Assembly (NCBI GenBank): GCA_029573715.1
Contig: JAKQDR010000165.1
Coordinates: 56,766 to 88,765 of the forward strand
Source of the DNA: a bacterium
Lineage (GTDB): Bacteria > Patescibacteriota > Microgenomatia > UBA1406 > GWC2-37-13
Reading direction: 5' to 3'
DNA length: 32,000 nucleotides
This document shows positions 17,604-23,767 of the stretch, piece after piece; positions within the stretch are counted from its first letter, which is position 1; each line of letters begins with the position of its first letter. A model generated the notes under the pieces. It was not told the origin of the DNA. It saw only the letters and a program-made list of their open reading frames with translations, and did not search any database. The translations under genes and the position numbers were made by a program.

Positions 17604-18410
17604 ATGAGCACTAAACCAAACAAAATAAATCAAGAATCGGAATCGCTCAAAGAACAAATTATCAAGCTGGAAAAACAGCTTGAAAGTTTTAGGCATTCCA
17701 ACGACCATTTTCTCAAAAATAAACTTTTCCTCCACTACGACATCAAAGATCCAGAAAAGGTGGCGGTGGATTGCGAGACGAAATTACCCGTCTTGGCAGA
17801 AATAGACAAAAAGAAAATACAAAAAGGGAAAGAAACCGACCCGACCCACCTCATTATTGAGGGCGACAACTATCACGCACTCTCTGTCCTCAACTATACC
17901 CACGCTGGCAAGATTGATCTCATCTACATTGATCCGCCTTATAACACGGGCGCAAAAGACTGGAAATATAATAACGATTATGTAGATAGCGAGGACTCTT
18001 TCCGACATAGTAAGTGGCTTTCGTTTATGGAAAGTCGTCTGCGTCTCGCGAAAAATTTGATGAAGGATGACGGTTTCATAGTTTGTACCATTGATCACTA
18101 TGAGCTTTTCTATCTCGGCGCACTCATGGACAAAGTTTTTGGTGAACAAAATCGCATAGGTATTGTTACGGTGTTTATTAATCCAAAAGGACGTCAGCAT
18201 GAGAGATTTTTTTCTGCATCAACAGAATATATGCTTGTATATGCAAAAGACATATCAATAGCAGAATTTGAATCGGTTGCTATTGATGATGAAGTTGCGC
18301 AGACATTTGATCAGCAAGATACACAAGGTCGGTTTAGATGGCAGTCATTTGCGCGTATAAGAACAAGTACAAGTCGTGAGAAAAAACCTGCTTTTTATTA
18401 TCCTATTTAG
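17604..18410 (+). CDS. mod: Mod N-terminal fragment (catalytic DPPY region and start of the target-recognition region)
   Basis: LIIEGDNYHALSVLNYTHAGKIDLIYIDPPYNTGAKDWKYNNDY and SKWLSFMESRLRLAKNLMKDDGFIVCTID. Ends at TAG within ...PAFYYPI*. This entry duplicates part of the pseudogene entry, in case the halves are annotated separately. Confidence 0.6.
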   Translation: MSTKPNKINQESESLKEQIIKLEKQLESFRHSNDHFLKNKLFLHYDIKDPEKVAVDCETKLPVLAEIDKKKIQKGKETDPTHLIIEGDNYHALSVLNYTHAGKIDLIYIDPPYNTGAKDWKYNNDYVDSEDSFRHSKWLSFMESRLRLAKNLMKDDGFIVCTIDHYELFYLGALMDKVFGEQNRIGIVTVFINPKGRQHERFFSASTEYMLVYAKDISIAEFESVAIDDEVAQTFDQQDTQGRFRWQSFARIRTSTSREKKPAFYYPI

Positions 18411-18605
18411 GTAAGTCCAGACCTAAAAAAGATAACTACTACTAATACTGATGGTTATGTTCCCGTATATCCAGTATCTAATGGCAAAGATTATAGTTGG
18501 AAAACGAAACCAGATACATTTGCTAAGCGACTTGCAGATAGTCAGTATCGGGCTATTAGAGAAAACGGAAAACTTGAAATACAGCATAAATATCATGAAC
18601 AACAA

Positions 18606-19355
18606 GTGCTAAAAAACTTATGGACTGATAAAAAATACTTCCCAGAGTTTCAAGGAACGAATTTGTTAAAAAAAATAATCGGCGAGGGTAAGTTTAATTA
18701 TCCAAAGTCATTATATGCAGTCATGGACACGGTAAAATTAATGACTTCTGACCAAGGCATTGTTTTAGATTTTTTTGCCGGATCTGGAACAACTGGGCAT
18801 GCCGTTCTTGAATTAAACAAGGAAGACAATGGCACGCGTCAATTTATTCTTTGTACCAATAACGAAAATAAGATTGCTGAAGATGTTACCTACCCTCGCA
18901 TCAAAAAAGTGATTGACGGCTACGGCAACACGGCTGGCATCCCTGCCAATCTCCGCTACTTCCAGACAGACTTTGTGGAGAAAAAAGGAAGCGTCTCGCA
19001 ACTCAAGATTGATCTGACGCGCCAGTGCGCGGAGATGTTGCGTGTTAAGGAAAATGTTTTTGAAGCGGTGAAGCTCAAAAAGCAGGCGAAGAATTATAAG
19101 TTTTTCAAAAATGGTAACAAGTATCTTGGCATATTTTTTGATTTCTTTACCGATCCGGAGTTTACGGACTTTATCGCGGAGCTGAACAAGTTGCCGCAAG
19201 AGTCAGAAAAATCCGTATATATCTTTGTGTTGGACGGCTCGGCGAGCATCTTTGCCGATGAGTTTGCAGGCGTGGCAAATTGCGAGATTAAGGAAATTCC
19301 ACAAAAGATTTTGGATATTTATAAACAACTAGCGCGCGAAGTCGCGAGAAAATAA
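18606..19355 (+). CDS. mod: Mod C-terminal fragment (AdoMet-binding motif I region)
   Basis: NYPKSLYAVMDTVKLMTSDQGIVLDFFAGSGTTGHAVLELNKEDNGTRQFILCTNNEN. GTG 18606 is the first in-frame start after the TAG, and it has no convincing SD. Independent translation is therefore doubtful. Confidence 0.5.
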   Translation: MLKNLWTDKKYFPEFQGTNLLKKIIGEGKFNYPKSLYAVMDTVKLMTSDQGIVLDFFAGSGTTGHAVLELNKEDNGTRQFILCTNNENKIAEDVTYPRIKKVIDGYGNTAGIPANLRYFQTDFVEKKGSVSQLKIDLTRQCAEMLRVKENVFEAVKLKKQAKNYKFFKNGNKYLGIFFDFFTDPEFTDFIAELNKLPQESEKSVYIFVLDGSASIFADEFAGVANCEIKEIPQKILDIYKQLAREVARK

Positions 19356-19356
19356 T

Positions 19357-21615
19357 ATGGCACGAACACTCAAACAATTTCAAGAAATCGCGGTGCAGGC
19401 AATTTTGGCAGGCGCAAAGTATAAACTCACCAGCCAGAATATGGTTTTTGTTTTTAAGTCGCCGACTGGTTCCGGTAAAACTTTTATGATGTCGCAAGTG
19501 GTAGCGCGGATGGCAGATAGCGACAATGTGGACTTCAACTCAATGGACTTGTGTTTCCTCTGGGTGTCTATCGGCAAAGGCGATTTGGAAAAACAATCAG
19601 CGAAGTCGCTCAAAGAGGCATTTGACGGCTCGCCACAGGTAACAATGCTGGAAGCTTTTGCGGGAAGCAAGGATATTATTGAAAAGAACGAGGTGATTGT
19701 TTTTAACTGGGAAAAGATACGCACGCGCGACCGCGAGACGGGTGAATGGAAAAATGTGGTGATGAAAGATGGCGAGCGAAGCAGTTTTGTTGATGTGCTC
19801 AACGAGACGCGCGAAATGGGACGAAAAATAGTGTTGATTATTGACGAAAGCCAAATGGCTGCAAAGACAAAACTAGCGTTGGAGATAATTAATGATGTCA
19901 TCAAGCCCAACTTGATCATTGAGATGTCGGCAACACCTAAATTGACTGAACAGCCAGACTACACCGTGAACCCGCAGGATGTAATTGACGAGGAATTGAT
20001 CAAGAAAGATATTGTCATCAATGAAGATTTTACGAACGAAGACGCGAGCGAGCTGGACACGGAGCAAGCTGTTCTTTTGGCTAGCTGGAATAAATTGACG
20101 GAGCTTGAGGGCTTATTTAAGAAAAAGAAAATTGGCGTGAAACCACTCCTGTTGATACAGCTCCCAAACAGCGAAGCGGGAGATGCGAAAAAAGACGTGG
20201 CGGTAGAGTTTTTACGAGAGCAAGGAATATCGCAAGAAAACGGCAACTTGGCGATCTGGTTGTCGGAAGAGAAGTTTTTGGCGGACAAAGATTTGGTAAA
20301 GCTGAACAGTCCAGTGCGTGTATTGATTTTCAAACAAGCGATTGATACTGGTTGGGACTGCCCGCGCGCGCATATACTTTTGAAATGGCGTGAGAGTGCC
20401 AGCATCACTTTCGAGGTCCAAGTTTTAGGGCGCATATTGCGTATGCCGGAAGCGAAGCATTATGACGATGATGTGCTGAATCGCGGATATGTGTTTACTA
20501 ATACACCGAGAATTGATGTGAAGCGTGAAGTCTATGGCCCGAATATTATCAAGACTCTGGTCGGCAAAAAACGAGATGGTGTGAAGAATATCACTTTGCG
20601 AAGTTATTATCGCACGCGCACCACGTATAACGACATCACAGCAGGACTCTTTAGTGGGATTTTTGAAAATAAATTTGCGAAGTTTTTTGGATTAAGTGCT
20701 GATACGAGCGAAAACTATAAAACAATAAAGGCATGGAAAGGAAGCGACGGCGAAAAAGTAGAAATGGAAGGCAATTTGCGCGTGAATATTATGAGTGATG
20801 TAATCATTTCTGGTGGGACGATTGATGAGACGGCGCGCATAGAGGACGACTCCCAGACGAGCCTCGTGATGAGCGAGAACGATTTGCGCCTGAAAATAGA
20901 GGCGATTCTAGGAAGTGAACTCGCTGGCTATCAGGCGGCGCGGTCTATCCCCGTGATGAAGAATACGCTCGTTGGAATAATCAAAAAGTATTTGGGTAAG
21001 AACATCGTATGGATTGACGCGTTTATTATTTACAACGAGGCGATTATAAAAAGTATTTTGCACGAGGCCGTTGCAGACTTCAAGCAAAAGAAAGACAAAG
21101 TAGACGCAGAAAAATTGAAGGAGTTAGAGATATGGGATGACGCATGGCAGATTCCGGAGGAGAAAAGTTATAACGATAAGGTTTTTGCGGTGGAGCGCGT
21201 GGAGAATTATTTTTACGATAAGGCTATCTTGGAAGTTGAGAAAAGTGAGCCAGAAACGAAATTTATTGATTTGCTAAAAAATAGTGGGAAAGTCGTATGG
21301 TGGTGGAAAAACGGAGATGAACATATGCAGGAAAACTTCGGTATAAAAATAGACGAGAAAGGCAAAACTTTTCAGCCGGACTTTATCGTGAAATATACCG
21401 ACAATACTATCGGTATTTACGATACCAAGTCGGCAGGTTTTCAGGTGGAGGACACGAAAGCAAAAGCTGAGGCATTGCAGAACTACATCAGAGAACAGAA
21501 AAAAGTAGTGGGCGGAATTGTGATATTTGACCACGGTGTGGCAAAGATAAACTCAAAAGAGGTGTATCGGGATTTTAGAGAGGGTGCGGAAGACTGGGTT
21601 GATTTTTCGCGATAA
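19357..21615 (+). CDS. res: Type III restriction enzyme Res subunit (SF2 helicase-like ATPase plus C-terminal PD-(D/E)xK nuclease)
   Basis: 752 aa. Starts 1 nt after the mod stop. Walker A FKSPTGSGKT; motif II LIIDESQ; EMSATP; FKQAIDTGWDCPRAHIL; C-terminal nuclease-like FQPDFIVKYTDNTIGIYDTKS. Confidence 0.85.
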   Translation: MARTLKQFQEIAVQAILAGAKYKLTSQNMVFVFKSPTGSGKTFMMSQVVARMADSDNVDFNSMDLCFLWVSIGKGDLEKQSAKSLKEAFDGSPQVTMLEAFAGSKDIIEKNEVIVFNWEKIRTRDRETGEWKNVVMKDGERSSFVDVLNETREMGRKIVLIIDESQMAAKTKLALEIINDVIKPNLIIEMSATPKLTEQPDYTVNPQDVIDEELIKKDIVINEDFTNEDASELDTEQAVLLASWNKLTELEGLFKKKKIGVKPLLLIQLPNSEAGDAKKDVAVEFLREQGISQENGNLAIWLSEEKFLADKDLVKLNSPVRVLIFKQAIDTGWDCPRAHILLKWRESASITFEVQVLGRILRMPEAKHYDDDVLNRGYVFTNTPRIDVKREVYGPNIIKTLVGKKRDGVKNITLRSYYRTRTTYNDITAGLFSGIFENKFAKFFGLSADTSENYKTIKAWKGSDGEKVEMEGNLRVNIMSDVIISGGTIDETARIEDDSQTSLVMSENDLRLKIEAILGSELAGYQAARSIPVMKNTLVGIIKKYLGKNIVWIDAFIIYNEAIIKSILHEAVADFKQKKDKVDAEKLKELEIWDDAWQIPEEKSYNDKVFAVERVENYFYDKAILEVEKSEPETKFIDLLKNSGKVVWWWKNGDEHMQENFGIKIDEKGKTFQPDFIVKYTDNTIGIYDTKSAGFQVEDTKAKAEALQNYIREQKKVVGGIVIFDHGVAKINSKEVYRDFREGAEDWVDFSR

Positions 21616-21627
21616 GATAAAAGGGAG

Positions 21628-21653
21628 CCACTCGCGTTAGCGGGTGGTTTTCT
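21628..21653 (+). terminator. Rho-independent terminator after res
   Basis: Stem CCACTCGC (21628-21635), loop GTTA, stem GCGGGTGG (21640-21647, one G-U pair), then TTTTCT. Begins 12 nt after the res TAA. Confidence 0.6.
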
Positions 21654-21676
21654 GTGCGCGCACTGGGTGGGGCAAG

Positions 21677-21703
21677 CAAAAAGAGCTACCACCAAGCGTG
21701 GAG
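21677..21703 (+). repeat. Right copy of the imperfect direct repeat flanking the R-M cassette
   Basis: CAAAAAGAGCTACCACCAAGCGTGGAG. See the left copy at 17551-17575. Lies just past the res terminator, inside the GC-rich spacer. Confidence 0.35.
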
Positions 21704-21881
21704 ACGGGGGCGTCTCGCGCCGACGCAAGCTACGGAGAAAATGCGGGCGCGGGAGAGGTGCAAAGGTTAGCTGTTTCGTTCAAAATGCGTTCGAGCAGAG
21801 TTATATAATTCCACCAAATACCAAGTCCTCCTTCTGCACATATCCATATCTCTCGTACATAAGCCGATCAGGGTAATTCTC

Positions 21882-22316
21882 TTAAAGTCTATTAAGATAT
21901 TCCCCAGAATCCAGTTCTTCCTGCGTGAAGTCCACTTGCTCATCGAGAAGCTTCGGGTCGTAGGCAGGATCGGGATAATTCACAAGCCATGCATCTACAT
22001 CGCCAATATTCTCCAACCCTGTGGGTACATGAGGAGGAATGTATAGTCGTGTCAGGTTTTCCTCGCTTAATATGTGCTCTTCTCGCTTGCCATCAACATA
22101 TAAAATTATCTTCATTGTTCCCTTAATACACATGTAGCGGGCTGCACGAACACGGTGCAAGTGGTAGCCCTTGAAGGCGCCTGGCTTGGCGCAGGTTAGG
22201 TACACGTCCGTTTTATCTTCGTTTTTAAATAACTCAATCAAAAATCCGTTTTCTTGTTTTGAAAGGTCATACGTCGGCACTTTCTTTGCTTTTTCTGTGT
22301 GAACTTTGGTGATCAT
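21882..22316 (-). CDS. RmlC-like cupin (dTDP-sugar epimerase / 3,4-ketoisomerase family)
   Basis: 144 aa. Small beta-barrel pattern with GFLIELF, AFKGYHLHRVRAARYMCIKGTMKIILY, LYIPPHVPTGLENIG and YDP, which resembles RmlC/FdtA/WxcM-like sugar-nucleotide enzymes. Exact activity is not callable. Confidence 0.5.
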   Translation of the reverse strand: MITKVHTEKAKKVPTYDLSKQENGFLIELFKNEDKTDVYLTCAKPGAFKGYHLHRVRAARYMCIKGTMKIILYVDGKREEHILSEENLTRLYIPPHVPTGLENIGDVDAWLVNYPDPAYDPKLLDEQVDFTQEELDSGEYLNRL

Positions 22317-22435
22317 AATTATTATTTAAATGATAATCAGTGTCAATCATCAGATACCTAGTGTACCAAACAAGTCGCACATTATCATCAGCCATGTTCA
22401 TGTGTGATGCGTGAGATAATGTGGGGCAATAGAAA

Positions 22436-23236
22436 GTGTTTCATCAAATCATCATGCATCCCTCTGCAATTGTGCCCGTCAATAAGCCCATATTTCGCAC
22501 TCCTCTGGAATGCGTTCATGCATATCGAAAATTGCATGCCATACCTGAAGATATTCCCATAAGCTACGCCGGGAGACTTGATCCGATGGCAGAAGGCGTG
22601 CTTATCTTGCTTATTGGCGCAGCAAACAAACAAAGGCGCACTCTGGAACATCTTGATAAAGCATATGAAGTTGAAGTTCTTTTTGGATGTGCAACTGATA
22701 CCGGTGATGTATTAGGAAAGGTCACCAAAATATCGAGTACGAAAATTGATGTCCAAAAAAAAGTTGTTGAAACAGCACTCTCCGCTTTCAGTGGCACCAT
22801 AAATCAACGCTATCCTGCCTATGCATCAATCAAAGTACAGGGTAAGCCACTTTTCTGGTGGGCCAGGCAAAACAGACTCCAAGAAATTGACATTCCAACT
22901 CACTCCGTACACATTCATAGTATTCACATGCACCAAATGCACCACATTACGCCTTTTGAATTGCGCCTTGCGATACGCAATCGTATCACATCTGTATGCG
23001 GTGACTTCAGACAGGAAGAAATTGCGAAACTCTGGGAAACGAAACTGTCGCAAGTGTCAGCAAATAGTAGGTTCCCCGTGTACACATTACACGTGTCGTG
23101 TGGTTCTGGAGTGTACATGCGGGTACTGGCCGAAGATCTGGGTGCTCAACTGGGATTACCATCACTTGCATACTCCATCGTACGCACCAAGGTGGGCGCC
23201 TACACACGTGCAGAGTGTGAACAACTGGTGTTTTAG
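22436..23236 (+). CDS. truB: tRNA pseudouridine(55) synthase TruB
   Basis: Catalytic Asp motif YAGRLDPMAEGVLILLIG, then KAYEVEVLFGCATDTGD and QRYPAYASIKVQGKPLFWWAR. The track starts at GTG 22436; ATG 22454 is an alternative start. Confidence 0.85.
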   Translation: MFHQIIMHPSAIVPVNKPIFRTPLECVHAYRKLHAIPEDIPISYAGRLDPMAEGVLILLIGAANKQRRTLEHLDKAYEVEVLFGCATDTGDVLGKVTKISSTKIDVQKKVVETALSAFSGTINQRYPAYASIKVQGKPLFWWARQNRLQEIDIPTHSVHIHSIHMHQMHHITPFELRLAIRNRITSVCGDFRQEEIAKLWETKLSQVSANSRFPVYTLHVSCGSGVYMRVLAEDLGAQLGLPSLAYSIVRTKVGAYTRAECEQLVF

Positions 23237-23683
23237 TTACACAGCGGCCGCAACTGCTTTCTCTGCCCATGCATTCGCTTGAGCAAGTACTTCGTCTTCC
23301 GGATATCCGTCAATCTTAAAGCTTTCGACAATGGGAGCTTTCCCCTTCTCTTTCAACAGTTCTTCGAATCTGTCTACGATGCCACAATAATGTGCGTAGC
23401 TACTGTCCCCGAGTCCAAATACTGCAAACTTCACTGCACCAAAAGGCTCTGTGTGTGTCTTGAGCTTTTCCATAAATACCTCTGATGTTGGATTTGGTTC
23501 ACCATCTCCCCAAGTCGAAGAGCTTAAAAATACCAATTCGTACTCATTCATCTGTGTCGGCTCAAGTTCATCCTGACTCATGATGGTTACATCGTGTGAA
23601 AGCCCTTTTAAATGGTCTGCCACATGCTCTGACACCATCTGGGTGTTGCCGCTTAATGTTGCAAAGGCGATAAGTATTTTCAT
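23237..23683 (-). CDS. Short-chain flavodoxin
   Basis: MKILIAFATLSGNTQMVSEHV (FMN phosphate loop), SSSTWGDGEPN and FGLGDSSYAHYC. I chose ATG 23683; the track's extension to 23746 adds an unlikely hydrophobic leader. Confidence 0.85.
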   Translation of the reverse strand: MKILIAFATLSGNTQMVSEHVADHLKGLSHDVTIMSQDELEPTQMNEYELVFLSSSTWGDGEPNPTSEVFMEKLKTHTEPFGAVKFAVFGLGDSSYAHYCGIVDRFEELLKEKGKAPIVESFKIDGYPEDEVLAQANAWAEKAVAAAV

Positions 23684-23767
23684 AAAAGAAAATGCAAATG
23701 GTAATAATATATAAATTCTGAAAGCTAGTATATCACGCACCCTCAATGAACGACTCGCCCACAGTCT

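Larger units (their letters stand above)
17604..19355 (+). pseudogene. mod: Type III R-M DNA methyltransferase Mod (beta-class N6-adenine MTase) interrupted by one in-frame TAG
   Basis: ORFs 17604..18410 and 18606..19355 are in the same frame. The 195 nt between them (18411-18605) has no stop in that frame, so the only interruption is TAG at 18408-18410. Motif IV DPPY (LIYIDPPYNTG) is in the 5' part. Motif I FxGxG (VLDFFAGSGTTGHAV) is in the 3' part. Confidence 0.8.

Noticed and set aside
17505-17735. 76-aa minus-strand ORF that overlaps the tRNA and the mod start.
   Set aside because: It overlaps a well-folded tRNA gene and the mod coding region, so it is spurious.
18408-18410. Stop-codon reassignment (TAG or TGA read as sense) as the explanation for the interrupted mod.
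   Set aside because: TAG cleanly terminates the genes at 8770, 12117 and 13344 at expected protein ends. TGA terminates the genes at 9810, 10985 and 16444. The genome therefore uses the standard bacterial code. Local readthrough cannot be excluded, but recoding is not supported.
18435-18443. ACTACTACT triplet run and nearby A6 tracts in mod as possible phase-variation repeats.
   Set aside because: Three units is far too short for slipped-strand phase variation, and the gene is disrupted by a nonsense codon rather than a frameshift.
21667-21876. 69-aa Arg/Gly-rich ORF (GTG start) in the GC-rich spacer, and the antisense ORF 21483..21728.
   Set aside because: The composition is what random translation of GC-rich DNA gives. 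There is no start context and no motifs, and the antisense ORF overlaps the res 3' end. I treated the region as non-coding.
22791-22800. GTGGCACCAT inside truB matches the tRNA 3' end (17540-17549), raising a possible distal att site for a larger island.
   Set aside because: It lies in the middle of an intact housekeeping gene (reading FSGTINQ), so an att site there would imply a disrupted truB. A single 10-mer match is within chance for 64 kb of two-strand sequence.
23234-23239. truB (TAG at 23234-23236) and the flavodoxin gene (TAA, complement of 23237-23239) converge with zero intergenic bases.
   Set aside because: This is real but explained by genome compaction. There is no room for a regulatory element and nothing further to test beyond transcript-end mapping.
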